Shown here piece by piece: positions 16,997-27,373 of a stretch of 36,006 bases of DNA (position 1 is the stretch's first letter; each line of letters starts with the position of its first letter). Origin of the DNA: a virus (taxonomy: Duplodnaviria > Caudoviricetes). A model generated the notes under the pieces. The model was not told the origin of the DNA, ran no database searches, and saw only the letters and a list, made by a program, of their open reading frames with translations. Location of the stretch: IMG/VR virus record IMGVR_UViG_3300006029_000026, positions 1 to 36,006 of that record, one strand, 5' to 3'. A program made the position numbers and the translations under genes.

Positions 16997-17338
16997 ATGG
17001 CTCAATACGAAGACCTTACAATAGACCAAGGTACTGACGTGCAAGTGCAACTTGAATTAGTTGACGCTAATGGTGCGGCTAAGAATTTAGCTAACCATAC
17101 AGTCGCAGCGAAACTAAAAAAATCTTACAATAGTGACTCTGCTGATACTCATACGTTTACTACTGCCATTTCAGATAACACTATTAATTTAGCTTTAACT
17201 AACACCCAAACCGATTTACTAAAAGCCGGCAGATATGTTTATGATGTAGAAATTTCTTTCGTAGATAGTGATTCGAATACTATCATAGAAAGAGTGCTAG
17301 AGGGTAACATACACGTAACCCCATCGGTAACGAGGTAA
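16997..17338 (+). CDS. Conserved small virion protein (BppU-like beta-sandwich adaptor)
   Basis: LTIDQGTD, L.LT..QT..LKAGRYVYDVEI, RVLEG.I.VTPSVTR; SD GGAG. Confidence 0.65.
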   Translation: MAQYEDLTIDQGTDVQVQLELVDANGAAKNLANHTVAAKLKKSYNSDSADTHTFTTAISDNTINLALTNTQTDLLKAGRYVYDVEISFVDSDSNTIIERVLEGNIHVTPSVTR

Positions 17339-17342
17339 AATA

Positions 17343-17573
17343 ATGTCGATTAGGGTTCAATCCGGTTCAAATACTATTGTAAAAAAAGTAATCGTTGGTA
17401 CTCCCATTAAAAGAGTCACTAACGGCGCTTTTACTATATCCACGTTAGGTGGGGTAGATCTATCTACTTTAGAAAATGGCGCTTTGCTGGTTTATTCTGA
17501 GGGATCTGGTAATTTTGAATCTACTAAAAACATTGATAATGAAGATACAAATTTTAACGGAGGAAACTTCTAA
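17343..17573 (+). CDS. Small virion protein ending in NGGNF
   Basis: L.GVDLSTLENGALLVY fibre-type repeat; terminal (D/N)GGxF; SD GAGG. Confidence 0.65.
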   Translation: MSIRVQSGSNTIVKKVIVGTPIKRVTNGAFTISTLGGVDLSTLENGALLVYSEGSGNFESTKNIDNEDTNFNGGNF

Positions 17574-19331
17574 ATGGCCGTAATTAGAATCAAACGATCT
17601 ACGGGCACTTCGGCACCGGGCTCATTGAAAACTGCCGAACTTGCCTATACAATGGGCACTGGCACTCAGGCCAACGCAGGCGATCGCCTGTTCTTTGGTA
17701 AGGGTGACGATGGTGGCGGAAACGCAACAACCGTAGTACAAGTCGGCGGTGAATACTTCGTCGGTCTACTTAACCACGCTCATGGTACTCTTACAGCATC
17801 TGCAGCTATTATTGTGGATGCCGATAGTAAAATCAACGCACTACACGTTGATAATATTACTATTGATGGAAATACTATTTCATCTACTGATATTGATGGT
17901 AATGTCACTATTAATCCAAATGGGATTGGTGTAGTAGACGTATCAACATCTAAGATCACGAATGTAGTTGATCCAACTGCAAACCAAGATGCTGCTACTA
18001 AAAAATATGTCGATGACCAATTTTCAGGGGATGCTCAGTTATTCTCTATTGCAGCAGATGTTGGTTCTGTCGATGGTATACAAGGTAATGAAACTGTTAC
18101 GTTTACTGGCGATACAGGTATTACAACCAGTGTATCAGCAAATGAGATTATCATTGATCTTGACGACACAGCGGTTACTCCTGGATCATATGGTTCGACT
18201 ACTGCTATTCCAACCTTTACAGTCGATCAACAAGGTCGTTTAACTGCAGCTAGCACGGTCAACGTTGCTACAACGCTGAACTTTTCAGGTGAAACTGGTA
18301 CAGGTTCAATCTCTCTTCTAGACTCAGATATAACAATCGCAGCAGGCGAAGGTATTAATACAGAGGCAAGTGGTACTACTATTACCATTTCTGCTGAAGA
18401 TGCTACTGATACCAATAAAGGTGTAGCATCATTTAACGCTACAAACTTTACAGCATCAAACGGTGATATTACTTCTAATGATATCACATTTAATGCAGAT
18501 ACAGGTTCAGCAGCAGAAACGCTAGGCGGATCAATCTCAGTCAATGGTACTGCGGCACAAGGTATTAGTACTTCTGCAACGGGCACTGCGATTACTTTAA
18601 CCATTGCCGATGCAGTAGCTAATGCAACTACTAAAGGTGTTGCAACCTTTAATGCTACTAACTTCTCGGATGATGGCGCTGGGGTTATTTCTTCTAAAGA
18701 TATTACTCTTGGTAGTACATCGCTTACATTAGGTGAATCTACTACTACGCTTGCAGGTCTTACTCAAATCGATGTTGATAACATCCGTATTTTTGACAAT
18801 ACTATTGCATCGTCTACTGGTGTACTTTATATCGACCCTAATCCTATCGATTCAGATGGCGGCGAAGTTATTATTCGCGGTAACTTTACTGTACAGGGTC
18901 TAACGACAACTGTTAACTCAACTACCGTTTCTATTAATGATAAAAACATTGTTCTTGCAGACAGCGCTTCAAACTCAGCAGAAGCTGACGGCGCAGGTCT
19001 GACCATCAATGGTCCAACTACTCCTGCTACATTTACGTATAACGGAGCTAGTGACCAATGGGAGATGAACAAACATCTCAATCTGCCAGATAATACATCG
19101 TTATCCTTTAATGGCGTATCTTGGCTAGAAGAAGTCGATGATCACATAGCTACAGTCTTCCAAGAAGGCGAAGGCATGGACATCGCATATGATGACTCTG
19201 CTGGCACAATTACATTTGCTGCAGAATTAGCTACATCTTCGAATCTTGGTGTAGCAAGTTTCGATGCAAGTGAATTTGACGTAACAGCAGGCGCAGTTAC
19301 TCTTGCTACTATCGACGGCGGCTCGTTCTAA
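17574..19331 (+). CDS. Tail/neck fibre protein
   Basis: N-terminal IRIKRS....P..L...ELAY domain; DPTANQDAATKKYVD, VTPGSYGS...IPTFTVDQQGRLTAA, TTTVNSTTVSINDKNIVL; ends IDGGSF. Confidence 0.75.
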   Translation: MAVIRIKRSTGTSAPGSLKTAELAYTMGTGTQANAGDRLFFGKGDDGGGNATTVVQVGGEYFVGLLNHAHGTLTASAAIIVDADSKINALHVDNITIDGNTISSTDIDGNVTINPNGIGVVDVSTSKITNVVDPTANQDAATKKYVDDQFSGDAQLFSIAADVGSVDGIQGNETVTFTGDTGITTSVSANEIIIDLDDTAVTPGSYGSTTAIPTFTVDQQGRLTAASTVNVATTLNFSGETGTGSISLLDSDITIAAGEGINTEASGTTITISAEDATDTNKGVASFNATNFTASNGDITSNDITFNADTGSAAETLGGSISVNGTAAQGISTSATGTAITLTIADAVANATTKGVATFNATNFSDDGAGVISSKDITLGSTSLTLGESTTTLAGLTQIDVDNIRIFDNTIASSTGVLYIDPNPIDSDGGEVIIRGNFTVQGLTTTVNSTTVSINDKNIVLADSASNSAEADGAGLTINGPTTPATFTYNGASDQWEMNKHLNLPDNTSLSFNGVSWLEEVDDHIATVFQEGEGMDIAYDDSAGTITFAAELATSSNLGVASFDASEFDVTAGAVTLATIDGGSF

Positions 19332-19347
19332 ACATATATAAAGCTAA

Positions 19348-19375
19348 AGTCTGGGTTATTTTTATATCCCAGACT
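19348..19375 (+). terminator. Intergenic stem-loop (terminator or processing element)
   Basis: AGTCTGGG, 12 nt AT loop, CCCAGACT; no clear U-tract. Confidence 0.45.
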
Positions 19376-19405
19376 CTAAACTAAACCCTTTATTAAGGAT
19401 AAAAT

Positions 19406-22400
19406 ATGGCTAAGGTACTTCTTAAAAAGTCTTCAGTCTCGGATAATGCACCGGGCACAGGAGATTTAGAATATGGCGAACTCGCACTTAATTATGCTGA
19501 CGGTCGACTATATTATAAGAATTCTTCAAATCAAATTAAAGGATTTATAGATTCGGCCGGAGTGGAAAGCGTATTAGCAGGGTATGTGCCTCCACTGGCA
19601 GAACTGCCTGCACATGATGATCTTGAAGGTTTTGTAGCAAATGAGCATATTGATCATAGTACTGTAACTTTAACTGCTGGCTCCGGTCTAACAGGCGGGG
19701 GTGATATTACAACCTCTCGCACATTTAATATTGGCGCTGGTACAGGTATTACGGTTAATGCTGACAACATTGCTATTGGCCAAGATGTTTCAACTACATC
19801 AGATGTTACCTTTGCTAAAGTAACAAGCGACTCTGCTTCAGTCGATAATATATCGTTTAGAATTCGAACCACAGCTCCGAACGATGCTGCAGGTACTTTA
19901 TATTTCGATTCTGATGAGCAACAATCTCTTTCTCTTAAATTAAGAACCTTAGAGAATCCCACACCGGGTGTTACCCTTAACGTAGGTCAAGAAAACTTAC
20001 TCTACGTTCACAACTTATCCGGCGCAAATATTCTTAACGGTAAAGCTGTTTACGTATCCGGTACTGCTCACGGTAAACATCCACAGATTTCTTTATCTAA
20101 AGCTGACACGTCTGCTACTGGCCAAATTGCTGGTCTTACTACTATGGATATTCCCAACGGCGGACATGGTTGGGTAACTACATCTGGTATGGTAAGAGGA
20201 CTAGACACCTCGTTATTTACTACAGGTGATGTTCTTTATCTTTCTAAAGATTCCGCTGGTGAATTAGTTAACACCGGTGTTTCAGTAGACGACGGTTATC
20301 CTGTCCATGCTGCTAGAGTTATGACAGTTGATTCTAGTGAAGGTATGGTGCTTGTTGAGGTATTCTCCGAGCATTTTGAATACTTACGTGTACAAGATAG
20401 AATTCGTGTTGATGGTAGAATTAATATGGATTCAGCTGTTGCAAGTGAAGTTGCAACTGGTCTTATTGACCTTACACCAACAGATCCAGGTCCAGCTTGG
20501 AAAGAAGGTAGACTTTACTATAATGATGAATATAAAGCGCTAACTGTATATAACGACGAAGCAGACATTTCGCTTCAGGTTGGTCAAGAAGAGTGGGTTC
20601 GGGTTTATAATAACAGTGGTTCTGCCATTCCTGATGGTAGACCGGTATATGCTACAGGATCTCTCGGTGAGACCCTGACGATTGCCCCTGCTGATGCTAC
20701 AACCGAAACAAAAGCGCGTGTTGTCGGATTAGCGACGCATACTATTGAAAATTCTTCTTACGGTTATGTGACTGTTCGAGGTTTAGTTTCAGGATTTGAT
20801 ACTTCTGCGATTGCAGCTGGACAACCTATACATCTTGCCGCAGATGGTTCACTCCAAAATACTGCTGCTACATATCCGTACTTCCCAGTCGAAATTGGGG
20901 CCTGCGTGGTATCAGATTCCTCTGGTGGTTACGTTTACGTCAACGTTGACTGGCATCACTCTGAACAATTGAGAGTAAGTGGTAATTCGCACATCGACGG
21001 TAACCTAACTGTAGACGGTGACTTAACTGTTAATGGTACACAGTCGATTGTTTCACAGGCTAACCTCGCAGTTGATAATTCATTTATCTATCTGAACTCT
21101 GGTAATACTATTGGTTCTGCGAATACTAACTTTACAGGTTCAGGTCTGGATGATGCTTACTTCACTGGACACTATGAAGGGACAACGACACAAACATTCT
21201 ATGTTAGAATTGATGGGGTTGGTACAGGTTCTGGCGGTGTCGATACGTTTGAATGGTCATTAGATAACTTTTCAACGACCGAAGCAACCGACGTCGATAT
21301 TACAGGTGATGATCAAGCTCTAGCTGATGGTATCAGTATCTTCTTTAACGCTACAACTGGTCACACCTCTGCTGATAAATGGGATGGCCAAGCTGCTCCA
21401 GTAAATACCGATACAGGTTGGTTTACTAATCGTAACACTGGCACTACTGGGGTAGGATATACACACCTTGGTATTTACTTTGATGTAAGCGATGGTATAT
21501 TTAAAGTAGTAGATGAATATGCGCCTGAGCCTAATGGAAGCATTGACGATGGTGATGCATCGTATTCACTTGGTACATTTAAAGCCGATACATTCCAAGG
21601 TAACTTAACTGGTAACGTAGCAGGTAACGTAACAGGTAATGCTACATCTTCTACAGTCTTAGCAACAAGTCGAAATATTGCTATCAGCGGTGATATTACA
21701 GCTTCAGGCGTAGCATTTAATGGTTCAAGTAATATTACACTATCCGCAGCTATTACGGCTGGATCGATTGTAAATGCTGATATTAATGCTTCAGCAGCTA
21801 TTGCGGATACCAAGCTTAATACTATATCTAGTGTAGGTAAAGTCCAAAACTCCGCAACATCCGCTACCTCAGCAAATACATCTTCATCAATTGTAGCAAG
21901 AAATGCATCTGGTAACTTCTCTGCTGGTACAATTACAGCAGCTCTTACTGGTAATGCTTCAACCGCATCTGCTCTTGCAACCGCTCGTGCGATAGCTCTT
22001 ACCGGTGACGTAACCGGTAGTGCTAACTTTGATGGTTCAGGTAATATCTCAATTACCGCTACTGTTGGTGATGATACACACAACCACGTTATTTCTAACG
22101 TAGACGGTTTACAGACAGCTCTCGATGCTAAGTTGCCTCTTGCTGGCGGGACTATGTCTGGTAATTTAACTTTCGGTAGTTCAGCAGATATTAATCTAGG
22201 TAGTGGCTCCCAAATAAATGTTGGTGTAAGTGGCGAAGATAACTATGTATTTGCTTTTGCTCCCTCTACAAATTTCGGCTTAACTTTTAATACCGCAGCA
22301 GGAAATCCGGCCGGTGGATCTTATGATTTTAAAAATGGCACTGGTGCACAAATATTCGTTATCCCAGCAAATAGTGGCCGCGGGGCACAGTTTAAATATG

Positions 22401-22645
22401 ATGGAAATGTTATCTTCACAGATGGCTATCATCCTAATGCGGACAAATGGACGACTGCTCGTACAATTACATTAGGCGGGGATTTATCTGGTAATGTTAG
22501 TATTGATGGATCTGCAAACGTGACACTAACTGCTACGGTAAATGATGGCTCAGGATCAGGTTTAGATGCCGATCTTCTCGACGGTCAACAAGGTTCGTAT
22601 TACCGTATTGACGTATATAACGCAGCAGGAACACTTTTAAACTAA
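19406..22645 (+). CDS. Long mosaic tail fibre protein
   Basis: N-terminal LLKKS....P....L.YGELALNYADGRLYYKN; duplicated internal module; TARTI.L.GD..G...FDGS.NI repeats; GSGLDADLLDG; ends YNAAGTLLN. Confidence 0.75.
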   Translation: MAKVLLKKSSVSDNAPGTGDLEYGELALNYADGRLYYKNSSNQIKGFIDSAGVESVLAGYVPPLAELPAHDDLEGFVANEHIDHSTVTLTAGSGLTGGGDITTSRTFNIGAGTGITVNADNIAIGQDVSTTSDVTFAKVTSDSASVDNISFRIRTTAPNDAAGTLYFDSDEQQSLSLKLRTLENPTPGVTLNVGQENLLYVHNLSGANILNGKAVYVSGTAHGKHPQISLSKADTSATGQIAGLTTMDIPNGGHGWVTTSGMVRGLDTSLFTTGDVLYLSKDSAGELVNTGVSVDDGYPVHAARVMTVDSSEGMVLVEVFSEHFEYLRVQDRIRVDGRINMDSAVASEVATGLIDLTPTDPGPAWKEGRLYYNDEYKALTVYNDEADISLQVGQEEWVRVYNNSGSAIPDGRPVYATGSLGETLTIAPADATTETKARVVGLATHTIENSSYGYVTVRGLVSGFDTSAIAAGQPIHLAADGSLQNTAATYPYFPVEIGACVVSDSSGGYVYVNVDWHHSEQLRVSGNSHIDGNLTVDGDLTVNGTQSIVSQANLAVDNSFIYLNSGNTIGSANTNFTGSGLDDAYFTGHYEGTTTQTFYVRIDGVGTGSGGVDTFEWSLDNFSTTEATDVDITGDDQALADGISIFFNATTGHTSADKWDGQAAPVNTDTGWFTNRNTGTTGVGYTHLGIYFDVSDGIFKVVDEYAPEPNGSIDDGDASYSLGTFKADTFQGNLTGNVAGNVTGNATSSTVLATSRNIAISGDITASGVAFNGSSNITLSAAITAGSIVNADINASAAIADTKLNTISSVGKVQNSATSATSANTSSSIVARNASGNFSAGTITAALTGNASTASALATARAIALTGDVTGSANFDGSGNISITATVGDDTHNHVISNVDGLQTALDAKLPLAGGTMSGNLTFGSSADINLGSGSQINVGVSGEDNYVFAFAPSTNFGLTFNTAAGNPAGGSYDFKNGTGAQIFVIPANSGRGAQFKYDGNVIFTDGYHPNADKWTTARTITLGGDLSGNVSIDGSANVTLTATVNDGSGSGLDADLLDGQQGSYYRIDVYNAAGTLLN

Positions 22646-22653
22646 TATAAATA
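22646..22653 (+). promoter_or_regulatory. T4-type late promoter
   Basis: Exact TATAAATA upstream of gp13. Confidence 0.85.
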
Positions 22654-22673
22654 GTTGAAAATAGGAATAAGAT

Positions 22674-23429
22674 ATGGCTAACCCGAGTTCAAGACAAGGT
22701 CTTATAGATTACTGCCTTAGAAGATTAGGCGATCCAGTAATCGAGATTAATGTCGATGTTGATCAATTAGAAGATCGGGTTGACGAGGCTTTACAGTACT
22801 GGCAAGAGTATCACTCAGATGCGACGTATAGAACCTATGTATCGCAGCTCGTAGGTGACAGTGACGTATCGAATAAATATGTTACCGTTTCTAATGATGT
22901 GATTTACATAAGTAGAATGTTCCGTATTTCGTCAAGCTTTAATACTTCGTTTAATTTCTTTGATATTAAGTATCAGATGATGTTAAATGACATTGCTGAT
23001 ATGCAAAACTTTGCAGGGGATTTAGCGTATTACGATCAGCTAAACCAGTACCTATCTCTGCTTGATATGAAGCTCAACGGTGAACCACAGACTACGTATT
23101 CACGTAAAATGAATCGTCTTTATCTTCACGGAGACTTTAATGATAAAGATGTGCAAGCCGGTGATTATATTGTATACGAAGCATACAAGACTGTAGATTC
23201 CGGTGCTCATACAAAAGTATGGAATGATATGTGGTTAAAAGAATATACCACTGCATTAATTAAGCAACAGTGGGGTTCAAACCTAATTAAGTTTGAAGGA
23301 ATGCAATTACCAGGTGGAGTTACCCTTAACGGAAGACAGATCTTTGAGGATGCACTACAAGAAATTGAGAAACTAAGAGAAAAGATTCGCATGGACTTTG
23401 AGATGCCAGCAGATTTCTTTGTAGGATAA
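22674..23429 (+). CDS. gp13: Neck protein gp13
   Basis: P.SRQ.LIDYCLRRLG.PVIEINVD..Q.EDR.DEAL; WLKEY.TALIKQQWG.NL.KF.GMQLPGGVTLNG. Confidence 0.95.
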   Translation: MANPSSRQGLIDYCLRRLGDPVIEINVDVDQLEDRVDEALQYWQEYHSDATYRTYVSQLVGDSDVSNKYVTVSNDVIYISRMFRISSSFNTSFNFFDIKYQMMLNDIADMQNFAGDLAYYDQLNQYLSLLDMKLNGEPQTTYSRKMNRLYLHGDFNDKDVQAGDYIVYEAYKTVDSGAHTKVWNDMWLKEYTTALIKQQWGSNLIKFEGMQLPGGVTLNGRQIFEDALQEIEKLREKIRMDFEMPADFFVG

Positions 23430-23433
23430 ACAA

Positions 23434-24552
23434 ATGGCAACAAATCATTATTTTAGCCAAAAGGTTAAATCAGAACAAAACCTATATGAAGATATTATTA
23501 TAGAATCTCTTAAGATCTATGGTCAAGATGTCTATTACATTCCAAGAGAAATAGTAAATGAGGATCGTATTTTAGGCGACGATATACAATCATCATTTAG
23601 TAACTCATATAAAATCGAAATGTATATCGAGAACGCAGAAGGGTTTGATGGAGAAGGGGATCTTTTTACTAAGTTTGGTATTGAGATTCGTGACCAAGCA
23701 ACCTTTATCGTATCTCGTAAAAGGTGGAATCAAACTATAGGCCGATATGATAATGAGATTAATTCTGTAAGACCAAGAGAAGGTGATCTAGTTTATCTTA
23801 GCCTATCTAATTCTTTATTTCAAATTCAGCACGTTGAGCATGAATCTCCATTCTACCAAATAAGCAATCTGCCCACCTATAAAATGAGATGTGAACTCTT
23901 TGAGTATAGTGGTGAAGCACTTGATACTGGTATTGATGTAATTGATGACATTGAAGCAGACTACGGATACCAATATGTTCTTACAGTCGATGTTACCAGA
24001 ACTACTGCTCTTGGTGATGTAGGTATTACCGACTCCGGTAGTATCGGTGGTCTTAGACTAGTAGATCCTGGCGCAGGATATTTTAAGACAGCACCTATAG
24101 TTACAATTTCTACACCAGACGTTGGGACAGGCGCTGAAGTGGTAGCTATAATAGATAGTGATTTAGGACAAGTTATTGATCTAACGTTAGTTAATGGAGG
24201 TTTTGGATATACCTCAGCTGATTTAACTATAGCACCACCACCTGTTATTACATTTACAAAGGGTGAACCTGTGTATCAGACCCTTTCAGATGGTACTATT
24301 ATCGAGGGCGAAGTTTCAGATTGGAATGATTCCAGTGGCACTTTGAAGATTGTTTCGGTTGGAGCTAGCGATGGCAAATTCCACGCTATTACGACTCGAC
24401 TTATTCTTGCATCTGATGGTTCTGGTGGATTAGTTACAGCAGTGGTAGAAGATAACCAGCTATCTGAGAATGAACAGAATTTAGACTTCGGTACTGATAA
24501 TCTAGAATTCTTAGATTTTAGCGACGAAAATCCATTTGGAGATCCTCAGTAA
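23434..24552 (+). CDS. gp14: Neck protein gp14 (extended C-terminal region)
   Basis: EQNLYED.IIESLKIYGQDVYYIPR, GF.GEGDLFTKFG.EIRD, RPREGDL; terminal LDFSDENPFGD. Confidence 0.93.
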   Translation: MATNHYFSQKVKSEQNLYEDIIIESLKIYGQDVYYIPREIVNEDRILGDDIQSSFSNSYKIEMYIENAEGFDGEGDLFTKFGIEIRDQATFIVSRKRWNQTIGRYDNEINSVRPREGDLVYLSLSNSLFQIQHVEHESPFYQISNLPTYKMRCELFEYSGEALDTGIDVIDDIEADYGYQYVLTVDVTRTTALGDVGITDSGSIGGLRLVDPGAGYFKTAPIVTISTPDVGTGAEVVAIIDSDLGQVIDLTLVNGGFGYTSADLTIAPPPVITFTKGEPVYQTLSDGTIIEGEVSDWNDSSGTLKIVSVGASDGKFHAITTRLILASDGSGGLVTAVVEDNQLSENEQNLDFGTDNLEFLDFSDENPFGDPQ

Positions 24553-25313
24553 TGTTAGGAACATATTTCTACCACGAACGTATCCGTAAAAGCGTCGCAA
24601 TGTTTGGGTCTCTTTTTAATAACCTGTATGTTCTTCGTAAAGATTCGACGGGTAAAGTGCTTAACACTATGAAGGTTCCTTTATCGTATGCACCTAAAAG
24701 AGATTTTTTAGAACGTATTAGGGAAAATCCTGACTTAACCAATGACACAAAGGTGGCTATTAAATTACCTCGTATGTCGTTTGAAATCTTAGGGTATCAA
24801 TATGATGCGCAAAGACAGCTACAAAAAATGGGTGCAAGAAATAGAGCTAGCGATAGTATAACTACAAACTCGAAGATATATAACTACGTACCATATACTA
24901 TTGACATGCAGCTTAACGTCTATGCAAAGACTCAGGATGATGCTCTACAAATAGTAGAACAAATCATGCCGTACTTTAGTCCACAGTATAACTTAACCAT
25001 TAAGCCATTTTCAGATTATCCAGATATAAAAGAAGATGTTCCTATTATATTAAATGGTATATCTTACTCTGATGACTATGAAGGATCTTTTAATAGACGA
25101 ACTATTATCTATCAATTAGACTTTCAAATGCATGCCAACTTTTACCAGAGCATTAACGAAGGCAAAATTATTCGCAAGGTTACTAATGAAATTTATTTTA
25201 TGGCAGATTCCGATTATAAGGTTTCAACTTTAACAGTAGAACCAAACCCCTTAAACGTTTCACCTGATAGTGATTATGGATTTACAGAAACTTTAACAAC
25301 ATTGATTGATTGA
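24552..25313 (+). CDS. gp15: Tail sheath stabiliser / terminator gp15
   Basis: FYHE.IRK.V..FG.LFN, KVPLSYAPK, LPRMSFEI, DDALQIVEQI.PYF.P. Confidence 0.95.
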   Translation: MLGTYFYHERIRKSVAMFGSLFNNLYVLRKDSTGKVLNTMKVPLSYAPKRDFLERIRENPDLTNDTKVAIKLPRMSFEILGYQYDAQRQLQKMGARNRASDSITTNSKIYNYVPYTIDMQLNVYAKTQDDALQIVEQIMPYFSPQYNLTIKPFSDYPDIKEDVPIILNGISYSDDYEGSFNRRTIIYQLDFQMHANFYQSINEGKIIRKVTNEIYFMADSDYKVSTLTVEPNPLNVSPDSDYGFTETLTTLID

Positions 25314-25683
25314 TATGGACTCAGATAGAATTAAAAATGACTATGAATATTCAAGAGACACCTTATTTGATTTAATCAATAAGGGACGAAATGCTCTTGA
25401 AGATATGATCGACGTCGCACGTGAGAGCGAGCACCCTAGAGCATTCGAAGTGCTATCTGGACTTATTAAAAACGTTGCTGATGTTAACGATAAGCTTATG
25501 GATCTGAATAAGAAACATAAAGATATTAACATTAAAGAACAACCACAGTTACCTCATGGACAAACTACTAATAATCTGTTCATAGGATCAACAACAGATC
25601 TTCAACGTATGCTTCAAGATGCGAATAATAAACAAGTAGAGAGCAACGTAGTTGATATTACACCACATTTAAAAGATGAATAA
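25306..25683 (+). CDS. gp16: Terminase small subunit gp16
   Basis: DYEYSR, A.ESEHPRAFEV, NNLFIGST.DLQ; the start could be the second Met (25315). Confidence 0.93.
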   Translation: MIDMDSDRIKNDYEYSRDTLFDLINKGRNALEDMIDVARESEHPRAFEVLSGLIKNVADVNDKLMDLNKKHKDINIKEQPQLPHGQTTNNLFIGSTTDLQRMLQDANNKQVESNVVDITPHLKDE

Positions 25684-27292
25684 TATTGTAAATACTAATG
25701 AAGGTTACTTAGGTAATCAAAATGTTAAACGTGATGGGATTGTTCAGGGATGGTCACAAGAAACTATACTTGAATATCAAAAGTGCATGAATGATCCTGC
25801 ATATTTTGCTGTGACATACTGTAAGATTATTTCACTTGATGAAGGCTTAGTAAACTTTAAGCTGTATCCTTACCAGAAAAAGATGTTTCAGCACTTTAAC
25901 GATAACCGATTTACTATTGTTCTTGCATGTCGTCAGAGTGGTAAATCAATTTCATCTGTTGCGTATCTGCTTTGGTTTGGCATTTTTCATTCTGAAAAAA
26001 ATATTGCAGTATTAGCAAACAAAGGTGCTACGGCCCGTGAGATGCTTTCACGTGTTACACTTATGTTAGAGAACTTACCATTCTTTCTACAGCCTGGCAC
26101 AAAAGCTTTAAACAAAGGTTCAATTGAGTTTAGTAATAACTCTAAGATTTTTGCTGCGGCTACTTCAGGTTCTTCTATTCGTGGTCAATCTGTTAACCTA
26201 CTTTATCTTGACGAATTTGCATTCGTTGAAAATGCTACAGAATTTTATACATCGACATATCCCGTTGTTTCATCTGGTAAAGATACAAAGGTTATTATTA
26301 CATCAACTGCGAACGGTATTGGTAACCAGTTCTATACTATCTGGCAAGGCGCTGGACAAAAGACAAACGCATATATACCATTCAGAGTTGATTGGTGGGA
26401 TGTTCCAGGGCGTGATGAAGCTTGGAAGCGTGAGACGGTTAACAATACTTCACAGCTTCAGTTTGATCAGGAATTTGGCAATACGTTCTTCGGCACCGGT
26501 GACACACTTATCGGCGCAGAAGCTCTTATGAGAATGAAGGCTATAGACCCTGTTAAGATTCTAGAGGGTGGGCACTTACTGGTTTATAAAGAAACCAAAA
26601 AAGATCATGAATATATTATATGCGTAGATGTAAGTAAGGGAAGAGGACAGGATTATTCTACATTTAATGTGATCGATGTAACCTGTAGACCGTTTGAACA
26701 AGTCGCGGTTTATCGATGTAACTCTATCTCTCCAATACTCTTCCCTGACATTATTTATAAGTATGCAACTTCTTACAATCAGGCATACGTTATTATTGAA
26801 TCAAATGATCAAGGTGTGCTAGTCACGCGTGGTTTATATCATGAATTAGAATATGAAAACATGCACGTATCGTCTGCGCTTAAATCAGACGGAATTGGTA
26901 TTGAAATGACTCGCAAGGTAAAACGGTTAGGATGTTCTGGTATTAAAGATATTATTGAGAATGAAAAACTCCAGATCCATGACACCAATACTATCTTAGA
27001 GTGTTCTACATTTATTGCCAAGGGCCAATCGTATGAAGCCTCACAGGGTAACCATGACGACTTAATGATGAATTTAGTTATGTTTGGCTACTTTGCTACG
27101 ACTGAAATGTTTGGTGATATGACGGATATCAATTTAAAAGAGATGATGTTTAAGGATAAAATGAATCAGATTGAAAATGACTTGGTGCCATTCGGATTTA
27201 TTGATGATGGATCTGATGCAATTAATGAATTACAAAGAGAAGACGACATAGGTAAACCTTGGGCCATAGACTATGAACACCACAGTTTCTAA
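25676..27292 (+). CDS. gp17: Terminase large subunit gp17
   Basis: Walker A RQSGKS, Walker B LLYLDEFAF, coupling motif ITST, nuclease VDVSKGRGQDYS and HDDLMM. Confidence 0.97.
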   Translation: MNNIVNTNEGYLGNQNVKRDGIVQGWSQETILEYQKCMNDPAYFAVTYCKIISLDEGLVNFKLYPYQKKMFQHFNDNRFTIVLACRQSGKSISSVAYLLWFGIFHSEKNIAVLANKGATAREMLSRVTLMLENLPFFLQPGTKALNKGSIEFSNNSKIFAAATSGSSIRGQSVNLLYLDEFAFVENATEFYTSTYPVVSSGKDTKVIITSTANGIGNQFYTIWQGAGQKTNAYIPFRVDWWDVPGRDEAWKRETVNNTSQLQFDQEFGNTFFGTGDTLIGAEALMRMKAIDPVKILEGGHLLVYKETKKDHEYIICVDVSKGRGQDYSTFNVIDVTCRPFEQVAVYRCNSISPILFPDIIYKYATSYNQAYVIIESNDQGVLVTRGLYHELEYENMHVSSALKSDGIGIEMTRKVKRLGCSGIKDIIENEKLQIHDTNTILECSTFIAKGQSYEASQGNHDDLMMNLVMFGYFATTEMFGDMTDINLKEMMFKDKMNQIENDLVPFGFIDDGSDAINELQREDDIGKPWAIDYEHHSF

Positions 27293-27303
27293 ATATAATT
27301 TCT

Positions 27304-27311
27304 TATAAATA
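27304..27311 (+). promoter_or_regulatory. T4-type late promoter
   Basis: Exact TATAAATA upstream of gp18. Confidence 0.85.
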
Positions 27312-27373
27312 GAAATAAGTGATAGATCCGCATTATGATATAAGCTTATAATTTAACTCAGAGGAAAAGAGTC

